Part shown: positions 39,004-50,859 of the stretch, piece after piece
Numbering within the stretch: position 1 is the stretch's first letter
Layout of the letters: every line of letters begins with the position of its first letter
Assembly (NCBI GenBank): GCA_963815115.1
Contig: CAWFFN010000008.1
Span: forward strand, 480,001 to 544,000
Reading direction: 5' to 3'
Length of the DNA stretch: 64,000 bases
Source: an uncultured delta proteobacterium
Lineage (GTDB): Bacteria; Desulfobacterota; Binatia; DP-6
Position numbers and translations under genes: made by a program
Notes under the pieces: generated by a model
The model's database searches: none
The model's input: the letters and a program-made list of their open reading frames with translations, nothing else
Told to the model about the DNA's origin: nothing

Positions 39004-39594
39004 TCACACCTTCAGGAACGCGCCGGGCTTGGACCACTCGCCCTTCTCGTAGAGGTACTTGACGCCCTTGTCGACGATGAGCTGGCCGTCCTCGGCCCTG
39101 GCGACCTTGACCCGCTCGAGCGGCCGCGGCGCCGGCCCCTCGAAGTTGATGCCGCTCTTGTAGAAGCCGCTGCCGTGACAGGGGCACTTGAACTTGTTCT
39201 CCGCCACCAGCCAGCGCGGCGTGCAGCCGAGATGGGTGCACTTGGCAAAGATCGCGTAGATGCCCTCGGCCTCGCGCACGATCCACACCCGCTGGTCCTT
39301 CTGGAACTTCGTGCTCACCTCCCCGACCGTGAAGTCGGTGGGGAGGCCGGCCTTGAAGGAGGTCGGAGGCTGAAAGAGGACGCGAGGAAATGCGGAGCGA
39401 ACGGCGGCGAGAAGCGAGATGCCCGAGAACGCGCCGAAGATCGCCCAGCCGAAGCGTCCGAAGACGTCGCGGCGCGACCACAGGCCGGCGAGGTTCGCCT
39501 TGGCCCGCGCGGCCTTCTCGCGCTCGAGCGTCTGCTCGATGCGGCGCTGGTCCGCTGTCGCCGCCTTCTGCTCGGCGGATGCTGGCTTAGCCAT
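39004..39594 (-). CDS. petC: Rieske 2Fe-2S subunit
   Basis: SRRDVF Tat-like motif plus TM, CTHLGC, CPCHGS, GPAPRPL. Confidence 0.93.
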   Translation of the reverse strand: MAKPASAEQKAATADQRRIEQTLEREKAARAKANLAGLWSRRDVFGRFGWAIFGAFSGISLLAAVRSAFPRVLFQPPTSFKAGLPTDFTVGEVSTKFQKDQRVWIVREAEGIYAIFAKCTHLGCTPRWLVAENKFKCPCHGSGFYKSGINFEGPAPRPLERVKVARAEDGQLIVDKGVKYLYEKGEWSKPGAFLKV

Positions 39595-39650
39595 CGGAAC
39601 CGGTTCCTTTCAGCCTCGAATCATGCCTCGGGGTGGCGCTTGGGTGTTCG

Positions 39651-40004
39651 TCACGAGCGCCGGAGCAGCGTGGCGAGCACGCCCCACACCCCGAGCACCA
39701 GCGCGATGGCGAGGAGCACCAGCCCCACGGGGGGAAAGAGTAGCAGCGCCGGGAGCGCCAGCACTCCGAGCAGGAGACCGAGGCCGAGTGGGTTCGTGGC
39801 GGCTGCGTTGGCGTTCGGGTTCGTCGGGGGCGCGGCGGACGTTTCGGTGGCCTCGGTGCCGTCCCGCAAGAGCTCCATGGCGTACTCGCGGAGATCCTGG
39901 CGCTGCTGCGGGCTCGCCGTGTTGACCACCTGGACGATGCGCTGTGCGAGATCTTCAACCTTGTCGTCGAGCTCCCGTTCGGGGTTCGCAGGAGGCTGCG
40001 GCAT
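39651..40004 (-). CDS. Hypothetical membrane protein leading the bc operon
   Basis: Charged helical N-terminus and two C-terminal TMs; TTGACA at 40056-40061 upstream. Confidence 0.6.
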   Translation of the reverse strand: MPQPPANPERELDDKVEDLAQRIVQVVNTASPQQRQDLREYAMELLRDGTEATETSAAPPTNPNANAAATNPLGLGLLLGVLALPALLLFPPVGLVLLAIALVLGVWGVLATLLRRS

Positions 40005-40057
40005 GCGCCTATCGTCCGTCAAATGCGCGGGTTTTTAAGATGCGCGCCACCGGCTTG

Positions 40058-40828
40058 TCAACGAGCGGCGCCGCGCGCCGGCGACACGCGCAGGCGCACC
40101 ACGACCGGCTGGCCCTGGCGGCGCACGCTCACCTGCATCGCCTGTCCCGCCGTGCGTCGCTCCAGCAGTGCCATCAGATCGCCGGCGGACGACACCCGTT
40201 CGCCGTCGACGCCGGTGACGACGTCCTCCCGATGCAGCTTGCGGGCGGGCGAGGCGCGATCGACGTCGGTGACGACCGCGCCGTGCTCGTCGGGGACCGC
40301 GAGCACCTCGGCCAGCTCGGGCGTCAGGTCCTGCGCCGTGATGCCGAACGCCCGCACCGGAGCACCCGGCGCCGCATCGACCCGGGAGAAGACGGCCGGC
40401 TCGACCAGGATCGGACGACGGAAGCGCAGGGCGAGCGCGATGGCGTCACTCGGTCGGGCATCGAGCGTCACGCGCTCGCCGCCGGAGCGTTCGAGGTCGA
40501 GGCGCGCGCGGTAGGTCTGCTCGACGACCTCGGTGACCACGACGCGATCGAGCCGGGCGCCGAGCGCCTCCACGAGCCGCTTCATCAGATCGTGGGTGAG
40601 CGGCCGCGGTGCGACGACGCCGTCGAGCTCGAGCAGGATCGCCTCGGCTTCGAGCGGTCCGATCCAGATCGGCAGGCTCCGTCCGCTACCCGCCTTCTCG
40701 TTCAGCAGCACCACCGGACTGCCCGATGCGGGATCCACCCGCACCCCCTTCACCTCGACCTCCACCGGCGCCGCGGCCTGCGCCAGCCCGACCAGGGCGA
40801 GGAACAGAGCCGGAACGCGGAGCCGCAT
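40058..40828 (-). CDS. Bifunctional-nuclease (DUF151) domain + PDZ domain protein with signal peptide
   Basis: LPIWIG..EA.AI, RPLTHDL, DARPSDAIALALR, then FGITAQDLTPELA...SPA PDZ; start supported by TTGCCG-N16-TACAAT-N7-ATG. Confidence 0.85.
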   Translation of the reverse strand: MRLRVPALFLALVGLAQAAAPVEVEVKGVRVDPASGSPVVLLNEKAGSGRSLPIWIGPLEAEAILLELDGVVAPRPLTHDLMKRLVEALGARLDRVVVTEVVEQTYRARLDLERSGGERVTLDARPSDAIALALRFRRPILVEPAVFSRVDAAPGAPVRAFGITAQDLTPELAEVLAVPDEHGAVVTDVDRASPARKLHREDVVTGVDGERVSSAGDLMALLERRTAGQAMQVSVRRQGQPVVVRLRVSPARGAAR

Positions 40829-40997
40829 GAACGAAATTGTACGCCGCGCTCGCGGGCCGGCAACTCCCCGTCCGGCGCGGCGCCATCCTCCGGGCACCCA
40901 CGTCCCTGCGCCGCCGGCCGGCCCGGCCGGGCATCTCGCATGTATATTGACGCAGCACGGTCGTGCGCGGACCATGCTCCCCACCCGCGAGCGCATC

Positions 40998-41459
40998 ATG
41001 AGGCGATGGGCGACAGCGACGGCGGCAGGCCTGCTTGCCGTGAGCCTCCTCGGCGGATGTGCGACGCACCGCCACGGCGTGGCGCGTACGCGCGGGCGCT
41101 CCGGGGCTCCGCCGCCGATGACGAGGGTCGATGCGCTGTCCGGGCCGCACTTCGCCTACGCCAAGGCCGAGCTGACGCCCGAGGGCCAGGCGAAGGTGCG
41201 GAACGTCGCCCAGGCCCTCAACCAGTATCCGAACCGACGCATCCAGGTGAACGGCTACACCGACTCCACCGGCGACGACGCCCGCAACCAGCGCCTCGCC
41301 GAACGGCGAGCAGACACGGTGAAGCAGACGCTGATCGAGAGCGGCGTCAACCCGAGCCGCATCACCGCGACGGGCTACGGCTCGGCCAACCCGGTCGCGA
41401 GCGACGCGACGGCCGAGGGTCGGGCGCAGAACCGCCGCGTCGAGATCATCCTCGAGTAG
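40998..41459 (+). CDS. OmpA-family peptidoglycan-binding lipoprotein
   Basis: Lipobox LGGC, GYTDSTG...NQRLAERRA, GRAQNRRVEI. Confidence 0.9.
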   Translation: MRRWATATAAGLLAVSLLGGCATHRHGVARTRGRSGAPPPMTRVDALSGPHFAYAKAELTPEGQAKVRNVAQALNQYPNRRIQVNGYTDSTGDDARNQRLAERRADTVKQTLIESGVNPSRITATGYGSANPVASDATAEGRAQNRRVEIILE

Positions 41460-41529
41460 CTCCTCCGCCTTCGTTCCGCCCGACCTCTAGCCAAGTGCGG
41501 GCGTGTGCAGTATGAGCCGGGAGCGTTCC

Positions 41530-42384
41530 ATGCTCGCCCCGCGCCGTCTTCGGCTCGCGCTCGAGATCGGCCTCGCTGCGCTCGCCGTCGCCCTGGCCGC
41601 GTACGGCGTGGGCCTCGGTCTCGCAGCCGCCGCCGGCGGCACCCTGCCGCCCGAGCTCCTCGCCTCGACGCCGGCCGCCGAGGCGGGACGCCGCCTCGGG
41701 CCGCTCGAGACCTACGCCGTCATCGCCGCGCGCGACGTCTTCAATCCGGCGGCGGCGCGGGACGAGCGCGGGGCCGCCGATGGCCTGCGGCTGTGGGGCG
41801 TCGGGCTGCACGGCAAGCAGGCGCGTGCCGTGATCGAGGACCGGGAGACGCATCGCCAGCAGCTCTACCGGGTCGGAGAGGAGATCCACGGCGCGCGCAT
41901 CGTCGCCATCAGCTGGGACCGCGTCACCCTCGAGCGCGGCGGGGTCGAGTCGACGCTGGAGCTTGCACCCCCCGGCGAGCGGCGGACGGATGGGGCGCAG
42001 ACCGCGAGCGGCGAGCAGGCCACCGAGCCCGCCGCCCCGGCGGCGCGCATCCGCCGCACCGGCGCCGACGCCTTCATCGTCGACCGCCGCGAGCTCGAGG
42101 GGGTGGCCGGCAACATGAGCGCCCTGATGACCCAGCTGCGCGCGGTGGCCGAGGTCGCCGAGGGCCGCCCGTCGGGATTTCGCCTCTTCCAGATCAAGGA
42201 GGACAGCATCTTCCGGCGTCTCGGCCTCCAGGACGGCGACGTCGTGCAGCGGGTGAACGGAACGGTGGTGAGCGATCCGGCATCGCTCCTCGCCTTCCTC
42301 GAGCGGTTGCGGAGCGAGCCCCGCGTCGCGGTCGACATCGTCCGGGACGGCGGGACGCGGACCCTGGTATACGACCTCCGATGA
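41530..42384 (+). CDS. gspC: Type II secretion protein C (HR + PDZ)
   Basis: TM, AVIED....QQLYRVGE, GFRLFQIK..SIF..LGLQDGDV...VNG; first gene of the cluster; start uncertain. Confidence 0.85.
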   Translation: MLAPRRLRLALEIGLAALAVALAAYGVGLGLAAAAGGTLPPELLASTPAAEAGRRLGPLETYAVIAARDVFNPAAARDERGAADGLRLWGVGLHGKQARAVIEDRETHRQQLYRVGEEIHGARIVAISWDRVTLERGGVESTLELAPPGERRTDGAQTASGEQATEPAAPAARIRRTGADAFIVDRRELEGVAGNMSALMTQLRAVAEVAEGRPSGFRLFQIKEDSIFRRLGLQDGDVVQRVNGTVVSDPASLLAFLERLRSEPRVAVDIVRDGGTRTLVYDLR

Positions 42385-44389
42385 GGCTGCTCGCCGCCGC
42401 GCTCCTCGTGGGCGCCCTCGCCACCTCCGGCCGGGCGGGCTCCGAGGCCACCGTCGCGCTCAACTTCCAGGACGTCGATCTGCCGGTGCTCGCCCGCTTC
42501 GTGAGCGAGGTGACGGGGCGGAACTTCATCCTCGACGATCGCGTGCGCGGCAACGTCACCATCATCTCCCCGACCCGTATCACCCCCGAGGAAGCGTACC
42601 TCGTCTTCCAGTCGGTGCTGCAGGTGAAGGGCTTCACCACGGTCCCGAGCGGCAACTTCGTGAAGATCGTTCCGGTGCGCGAGGGACGCGAGTCCGCCAT
42701 CCCGACCAACGCCCGGGGCGGTGACGAGCTCGTCACGCGCATCCTGCCGCTGCGCTACGCCGCGGCCGCGGACGTGGTGCCGGTGGTGCAACCGCTGGTC
42801 TCGAAGGACGGCGTGCTCACCGCGTATCCGGCGACGAACCGTCTCGTGGTGGTGGATTCGGGGCCCAACGTCGAGCGGCTCGCGGCCCTGCTACGCGACC
42901 TCGACGTACCGCACAGCGAGCGCGCCACGGAGACCGTCGCGCTGCGCTTCGCCCCCGCCGACGAGCTCGCCGCCCGGCTGCGCCAGACGCTCGCGGCCGA
43001 TGGACCGGGGGGATCCGGCCTGCGCGTCGTGCCGGAGACGCGCACCAACAGCCTGCTGCTGGCCGGCGCTCCCGCCGACGTCGCGCGCGCGCGAGCGCTG
43101 GTCGCGCGCCTCGACGTCTCCATGCCGGGAGCGTCGCAGCTCCACGCGTATCGGCTGCGATACGCCCAGGCCGAGAGCCTGGTACGCGTCCTCTCGCAGC
43201 TCCTCGGGCTTCCACCGCCTCCCCCCGAGCCGGAGAAGCCGCGTGGCAGCTTGATCATGCGCGAGCGTTCCGGGACACAAGGACCGTCGCTCGGCTACGA
43301 CGGCTCCATGGGCGAGCCGCCGCCCCAGGCGCCTCCGCCACCGTCCCAGCCCCAGCCGGTCAGCACCGGGACCGGGGCCGCGATCCCCCTCGAAGCGCCG
43401 GTCCGCGTCACCGCCGACCCGTCGACCAACACGCTGATCGTGAGCGCCACATCGGCCGACTGGGAGACGCTGCGCAGGGTGATCGGCGACCTCGATCTCC
43501 GCCGCCGCCAGGTGTTCGTCGAGGCCATCATCCTCGAGGCCACCACCGACAAGCTCCGCCAGCTCGGCATCGAGCTCCAGGGCGTCGCCAACCTCGGCGG
43601 CTCGACCGTGGGATTCGGCCAGGTGAACCTCTCGTCGCTCGGCACCGCGGTCACGAATCCCACCTCGCTCCCCGGGCTCATCCTCGCGGCGGCGAGCAAC
43701 AAGCTCGTCACGCTGCCGTCCGGGCAGCAGGTCCCCGCCTACACGGTCCTGCTCACCGCCCTCCAGACCGAGAGCGACGTCGACGTGCTGTCGGCGCCGA
43801 ACATGGTCACCACCGACAACGAGGAGGCGGAGATCGTGGTCGGGCGCAACGTGCCCTTCGTCGCCAGCCGCGCCACCAGCTCCTCGAATCTCTCGAACCT
43901 CTTCACCACGATCGAGCGCCACGACGTCGGCATCACGCTCCGGCTCACCCCGCGCATCACCGCCGACGACTTCGTGCACCTGTCGCTCTTCGAGGAGGTG
44001 TCCGACATCGACCCCATCCCGAACCCGGCGGTGGGCGATCCGAACCTGGTCGGACCGACCACGACGATCCGCTCCGCCAGCACGGTGGTGGGCGCGCGCG
44101 ACCGCCAGACGGTCGTGATCGGCGGCCTCCTGGCAGACACGGTCCGCCAGGACGAGCGGGGGGTACCGTTCCTGAAGGACGTCCCCGTGCTCGGCAACCT
44201 CTTCAAGCGCGACGACAACCATCGCGTGAAGACGAACCTGCTCGTCTTCCTCACTCCGCACGTGATCGCCACCGACGAGCAGATGGCGGAGAACTCGCTT
44301 CGCGAGCGCGAGCACATGCCCGCGCGGGTGCGGCGCAGCCCGGCACTGCGGGGCCGCTCGTGGCAGGGATCGCGGGAGGCGCCCGACGG

Positions 44390-44393
<4 letters not shown>
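42381..44393 (+). CDS. gspD: Type II secretion secretin
   Basis: LNFQDVDL, TGRNFILDDRVRG, QVFVEAII.E, DNEEAEIVVG..VP, VPFLKDVPVLG.LF, LLVFLTPHVI. Confidence 0.95.
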
Positions 44394-45916
<1,523 letters not shown>

Positions 45917-46020
45917 AGCGTGATGAAAAGTGCGGACGTCGGGCGCTCGCCCCACCCATCGAACGCTACACGCTCGCCTCCGCTCGCGATCCGAGACGGA
46001 GTCTCGGGTCGCATTTTTAG

Positions 46021-47214
46021 ATGCCGGTGTACGCGTATCGCGCGCTCACGCCGACCGGTCGCTCCTGTGCCGGCGTCGTCGACGCCGACAGCCAGCAAGC
46101 CGCGTGGCAGGCGCTGCGCGCTCGCGGCGTCTATCCCACCACGCTCGGCGAGGACGTCGAACCGGCGCGCGGACGCCGCGTGCCCGCCGCCGAGCTGGCG
46201 GCCGTCACCCGCCAGCTCGCACTCCTCGTCGCCGCCGGCGTCCCGGTGTCCGAGGCACTCGAGGACGCCGCCGAGGCCACCGAGCACCCCCGGCTGGTGC
46301 GCGCGCTCACCCGCGTTCGCGCCGCGGTGCGGGAGGGGCGGCCCCTGGCGGACGCGCTCGCTGCGTGCCCCGACGAGTTCCCGGTGCTCTACCGCGAGCT
46401 GGTGCGGGCGAGCGAAGCCGCCGGAGCGCTCGCGACCGTGCTCGGCCGCCTCGCCGCCTACCTCGAGCGCACCGCCGCGATCCGCGCGCGCTTGCGCGCG
46501 GCGCTCGCCTACCCGGCGGTGATGGCGCTCGCCGTCACGGCGGTCCTGGTCTTCCTGCTCACCTGGGTCCTGCCGCAGATGGCGCAGCTCTTCGCCGAGA
46601 CCGGGGCGCCCCTCCCGCTGCCGACGCGCGCACTGCTGCTGGCCGGAACGGTGGCGGCGCATACCTGGGCCGCGTGGCTGCTGGCGCTGGCAGTGGCTGC
46701 GGTCGGCCTCCGGAGCTGGCTCGCCTCGCACGCCGGCCGCACCCGCTTCGACGGCTGGGTCCTCGGGCTGCCGGCGATCGGGCGCCTCGTCGGCGCGGCC
46801 GCGCTCGCCCGCGCCGCGCACACGCTCGCCACCCTGCTCGCCGGCGGCGTGCGCCTCGAGGTCGCCCTCGACCTCGCCGCGGCCACCGCGGGAAACGCCC
46901 GCGTCGCCGACGCGCTGGCGACGGCACGCGAAGCCGTCCGGCAAGGGCAACCGCTCGCGCCGGCGCTGCGCGCGAGCGGCGTGGTGCCCGCGTCGGTGCT
47001 GCGCCTGGTCGCCACCGGCGAGCGCAGCGGCGGTCTCACCGATGCCCTCACCCACGCGGCGGAGAGCCTCGACGCCGAGGTGGAGCGCGACATCACCGCG
47101 GCGACCGCGCTCGTCGAGCCGGCCCTGGTCCTCGCCATGGCAGCCGCGGTGCTGATCCTCGTGCTCTCGGTCCTCGTGCCGCTCCTGCGCTTCGACCCGC
47201 TGGCGGCCTCATGA
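46021..47214 (+). CDS. gspF: Type II secretion platform protein F
   Basis: MPVYAYRA, TRQLA.L..AGVP, VREG..LA.A, ALAYP, GERSG.L, EP. Confidence 0.93.
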   Translation: MPVYAYRALTPTGRSCAGVVDADSQQAAWQALRARGVYPTTLGEDVEPARGRRVPAAELAAVTRQLALLVAAGVPVSEALEDAAEATEHPRLVRALTRVRAAVREGRPLADALAACPDEFPVLYRELVRASEAAGALATVLGRLAAYLERTAAIRARLRAALAYPAVMALAVTAVLVFLLTWVLPQMAQLFAETGAPLPLPTRALLLAGTVAAHTWAAWLLALAVAAVGLRSWLASHAGRTRFDGWVLGLPAIGRLVGAAALARAAHTLATLLAGGVRLEVALDLAAATAGNARVADALATAREAVRQGQPLAPALRASGVVPASVLRLVATGERSGGLTDALTHAAESLDAEVERDITAATALVEPALVLAMAAAVLILVLSVLVPLLRFDPLAAS

Positions 47215-47639
47215 CCCGCCGCGAGCCGGACGCGGGCTTCACGCTCCTCGAGATGACGCTCGTGCTGCTCATCGTCGGCCTGCTGGCCACCCTCGTCGTG
47301 CCGCGCGTGCTCGGCCGGACCACCGCGGCGCGCCAGGCACGCGCGACGGCCGAGCTCGAGATCATCGCGCAGGCACTCGAGGGCTACCGCCTCGACGCCG
47401 GCGTCTATCCGACGACCGCCCAGGGGCTCGACGCCCTCGTACACGCCCCGGTCCTGCCACCGCGCCCGGCGCGCTGGCGGCCCGACGGGTATCTGCCACG
47501 CCTTCCGAGCGATCCCTGGGGCCACACGTACGACTACACCTGCAGCGACGGCAGGCACTTCGTCCTGCGCTCCTTCGGAGCGGACCACGCGGCGGGCGGC
47601 GAGGGCGAGGATGCGGACGTGGACCGCGATGCGTCCTGA
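47211..47639 (+). CDS. gspG: Major pseudopilin G
   Basis: GFTLLE, ALE.YRLD.G.YPTT.QGL.AL, DPWG..Y.Y, SFGAD...GGEG.DAD. Confidence 0.93.
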   Translation: MTRREPDAGFTLLEMTLVLLIVGLLATLVVPRVLGRTTAARQARATAELEIIAQALEGYRLDAGVYPTTAQGLDALVHAPVLPPRPARWRPDGYLPRLPSDPWGHTYDYTCSDGRHFVLRSFGADHAAGGEGEDADVDRDAS

Positions 47640-48147
47640 GCGCGGCTTCACGCTCCTCGAGACGCTCCTCGCGCTCGCCATCGGAGGCCTGGTCCTCGGG
47701 GCTGCCTACGCCGCCGTCGTGCGCGCCGCAGCGGCCCGCGACCAGGCGGTGGGCCGCGGCCGCGAGGTGGCCGATGGCCGCCGGGCGCTCCTCGCGCTGG
47801 CGCACGAGCTGGAGGCCGCCGCGCCGCGGCGCCTCGCGGCGGACGCCCACGGCCTGCGCTTCCTGCAAGCGGAGCCCGAGCCGGTGACGATGTCCTACGC
47901 GATGGACGGAACCCGGCTCGTGCGCCGGCGCGCGTCGACGTTCGCCGCGGCACGCGACGAGCACGGCGACGCGAGCGTCGTGCTCGACGGTGTGAAGAGC
48001 TTCGGCGTGCGCTGCTTCGATCGGGGCGAGTGGGTGACCGGCTGGTCTCGCGATTCGTCGCCGCGCGCGCTCGAGCTCGCGCTCGGGCTGGCGAGCGGCG
48101 AGGAGCTGCGCACGCGGGTCGTGCTGCCGCTCGGTGGGGGAGAGTAG
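47629..48147 (+). CDS. gspJ: Minor pseudopilin J
   Basis: GFTLLE prepilin motif; C-terminal W...W....PRA.E..L.L. Confidence 0.8.
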   Translation: MRPERGFTLLETLLALAIGGLVLGAAYAAVVRAAAARDQAVGRGREVADGRRALLALAHELEAAAPRRLAADAHGLRFLQAEPEPVTMSYAMDGTRLVRRRASTFAAARDEHGDASVVLDGVKSFGVRCFDRGEWVTGWSRDSSPRALELALGLASGEELRTRVVLPLGGGE

Positions 48148-48149
48148 CG

Positions 48150-49499
48150 GTGCGCCTGATCGCTCTCGAGATCACCGCGGACGAGCTGCGCATCGCGCAC
48201 GGCGAGCGCAATCTCGGGCTGGTGCGCGTGCACGCACTGGAGCGGGTCCCGCTCGACGGCGATCCGGAGTCGCTCCGGCGCGCCCTCGGCGCGGTCGCGG
48301 CGCACCGCCCCGCGGCGGTCCTCAGCGTGCTGCCAGCCGCCGCGAGCACGCATCGCGTCCTCACCCTGCCCTTTCGCGATCGCTCGCGCATCGCGCGCAC
48401 GGCGCCGCTGGAGCTGCTCGGCCAGCTCCCCCTCGGCCCGGAGGAGGCCGTGGTCGCGGTGCGACCGATCGCCCGCGTTCCGGGGGGGACGACCGTCCTC
48501 GCCGCCGCCGTCCGCCGCGCGGATCTCGACGCCCATCTCGCGCTGCTCGCCGGAGCAGGCCTGCCGGCGAAGCGGATCGACCTCGCGCCGCTGCCGGCGC
48601 TCGACCTGGTTCCGGACGGCACCGGAACGGTGGCGCTCCTGATCGCGGACCGCACGCGCAGCGCGATCGTCGTTCGTCGCGACGGCCACCCGGCCGGGCT
48701 GCGCGCGCTCGGCAGCGATGCCCGCGAACCGGTCGCGCTGGCCACCGAGACGCGCTGGGCGCTGGATGCGCTCGGCTGCGCGGGCGAGGTGCTGGTGACG
48801 GGTCCGGACGCTGCCGGCGTGCAGGCAGCGCTGGCGACCGTCCTGGACATGCCGGTGTCGCTCCTCGCGCCGCCGGCGGCGGTCGCTGCGGCGGGCGCGG
48901 CAGCGGACGTCGCCGCGTGCGCGCTGGCCGCCGGGCTCCTGGTGGGCGAGGGCCGGCACCCACGCTCCGGACTCGTGCTCTCCGGCGGCGCCGACGAGCC
49001 GGCGGGGAGCTGGCGCCGGGCGGGCGCGCTGGCAGCGGTGGCGCTGCTTCTCGGGGTGGTCGACGTGACGCTGGTGCGCGCGACGCTGATGCGCCGCGAT
49101 GCCGCCCTCGCCCGTGTCGCCAGCGAGGTGGCGGCCGCCGCCCTGCCGGGCACCCCGGTCACCGCCGCGCGCGCCCAGCTCGAGGAGGCGGTGGCCGCGC
49201 GCCGACGGCTGCGGCCGGCCGGCGACGTGCCGGTCCTCGAGATGCTTCGCGAGGTGAGCGCCCGCGTGCCCGAGACGCTCCGCCTCGACCTCGACGAGCT
49301 CGTGGTCGAGCCCGACGTCGTGCGCCTGCACGGCCGCTGCGAGAGCTTCGACGCGGTCGAGTTGCTGCGCAAGGCGCTGGCGGCGTCGCCGCTGGTGCGC
49401 GACGTCGAGACGGACGAGACGCGCACCACCGTCGATGGAACGGGCGTCGAGTTCCGGCTGCGTCTGCTGCGCCGCGAGGCGATGGGAGCCCCGTCGTGA
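48150..49499 (+). CDS. gspL: Type II secretion protein L
   Basis: PilM-like N-terminus (LTLPF......I....LEL...LP), TM, PilN-like C-terminus; position in the cluster. Confidence 0.75.
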   Translation: MRLIALEITADELRIAHGERNLGLVRVHALERVPLDGDPESLRRALGAVAAHRPAAVLSVLPAAASTHRVLTLPFRDRSRIARTAPLELLGQLPLGPEEAVVAVRPIARVPGGTTVLAAAVRRADLDAHLALLAGAGLPAKRIDLAPLPALDLVPDGTGTVALLIADRTRSAIVVRRDGHPAGLRALGSDAREPVALATETRWALDALGCAGEVLVTGPDAAGVQAALATVLDMPVSLLAPPAAVAAAGAAADVAACALAAGLLVGEGRHPRSGLVLSGGADEPAGSWRRAGALAAVALLLGVVDVTLVRATLMRRDAALARVASEVAAAALPGTPVTAARAQLEEAVAARRRLRPAGDVPVLEMLREVSARVPETLRLDLDELVVEPDVVRLHGRCESFDAVELLRKALAASPLVRDVETDETRTTVDGTGVEFRLRLLRREAMGAPS

Positions 49500-50026
49500 G
49501 CCCGTGGCTCACCGGCTGGATCGCAACCCGCTCGGGCCGCGAGCGGGCGTTGCTCATCGTCGCCGCCGCGACGACGGCCGTCGTGCTCGTCGTCGGCGTC
49601 GCGCTCGCGCTGCGCGCCGACCTGGTCGCCCTGCAAGCGCGCGTCGGTGCGCGGGAACGCGAGCTCGCCACCCTGCGACGGCTGGCGGCGGATCTCGGTC
49701 CCGTCCCCGTCGCGACCGCCCGTGCAGACGCCCGCTCCCTCGTGACCCGCCTCGAGACCGCCGCCGCCGCCGTCGTCGGTCGTCCGCGGATCGCCGCCAT
49801 GACGCCGACCACGGCGCCGCTGCCCGAGGGCCTGCGCGAGGAGCGCGTCGCCGTGCGCCTGAGCGATACCTCGCTCGGCGAGGTCGTCCGTCTGCTGCAC
49901 GGCCTCGAGAGCGCCGACCCGCCGCTGCCGGTCGCCCGCCTCGAGATGCGCAAGCACGCCGACGACCCGCGCCATTTCGAGGCCACGGTCGAGGTCGCAC
50001 GGGTCGTGCCCGGCGCGAAGCCGTGA
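49496..50026 (+). CDS. gspM: Type II secretion protein M
   Basis: SGRERALL plus TM, coiled coil, V.V.L....L..VV.LL..LE. Confidence 0.8.
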   Translation: MSPWLTGWIATRSGRERALLIVAAATTAVVLVVGVALALRADLVALQARVGARERELATLRRLAADLGPVPVATARADARSLVTRLETAAAAVVGRPRIAAMTPTTAPLPEGLREERVAVRLSDTSLGEVVRLLHGLESADPPLPVARLEMRKHADDPRHFEATVEVARVVPGAKP

Positions 50027-50859
50027 TGCGCACCGCGCTCCTGGGCGCCGCCGCCGCGGCACTGTTCGCGATCGTGCTCGGGCTGAGCTTCCCGACCGAT
50101 CAGCTGGTCCGGTGGGGTCTGGCCAGGGCCCCCGTGCCCGAGGCGCGCCTCATCACCTTCCGGCGTGCCCACCTGCGACCGTGGGGACTCGTGCTCGAAG
50201 GCGCGAGCCTGCGGGATCCCGGCGGCGGACCGCTCTACGAGGCCGACTGGCTGCGCTTCCGTCCCTCGTGGACCGCGCTCGCCGGCGATCCGCTGGGACG
50301 CCCCTGGCGGGTCGCGGCCAGCGCGCTCGGCGGCACGATCGATGCCAGCCTCGGCCTCGACGGCGGCGCCCAGATCGTCGAGCTCGCCTGGGCCGATCTC
50401 GACGTCGGTCGCCTGCTGGCAGCGCTGCGCCGCCGGGACCAGCTCTCCGGCCGTGCGAGCGGCAGCAGCGGGCTGCGGGTACCGGGGACTGATGCGGCCA
50501 CCGGCTCCGGTGAGGTGGTCCTGCAGGACGCCGTGTGGCAGCCAGCGCTCGGCGCGCTCGAGGACCTCCCGCTGCATGCCGAGCGTGCCACGCTGCGCTG
50601 GACGCTCGCCGGTGGTCGCCTCGAGGTGGCGGCCTTCGACGTGCACGGACAGGAGATGAACGTGGCGGCCAGCGGCCAGGTCCGCCTCGCCGACGTTGCG
50701 GACGCGAGCACGCTCGATCTCCGGGTGACCCTCACGCCGCTCCCCGGCATGCCCGGCAAGCTGCGCCCGCTGCTCGACGGCTTGCCGCGCGGCGCCAACG
50801 GTACGCGCGACTTCGTCCTCACGGGAACTCTGGATGCGCCTCGCATCACGCCGCCGTAG
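50026..50859 (+). CDS. gspN: Type II secretion protein N
   Basis: TM followed by FP, beta-rich body, C-terminal L.GTL.AP. Confidence 0.75.
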   Translation: MRTALLGAAAAALFAIVLGLSFPTDQLVRWGLARAPVPEARLITFRRAHLRPWGLVLEGASLRDPGGGPLYEADWLRFRPSWTALAGDPLGRPWRVAASALGGTIDASLGLDGGAQIVELAWADLDVGRLLAALRRRDQLSGRASGSSGLRVPGTDAATGSGEVVLQDAVWQPALGALEDLPLHAERATLRWTLAGGRLEVAAFDVHGQEMNVAASGQVRLADVADASTLDLRVTLTPLPGMPGKLRPLLDGLPRGANGTRDFVLTGTLDAPRITPP

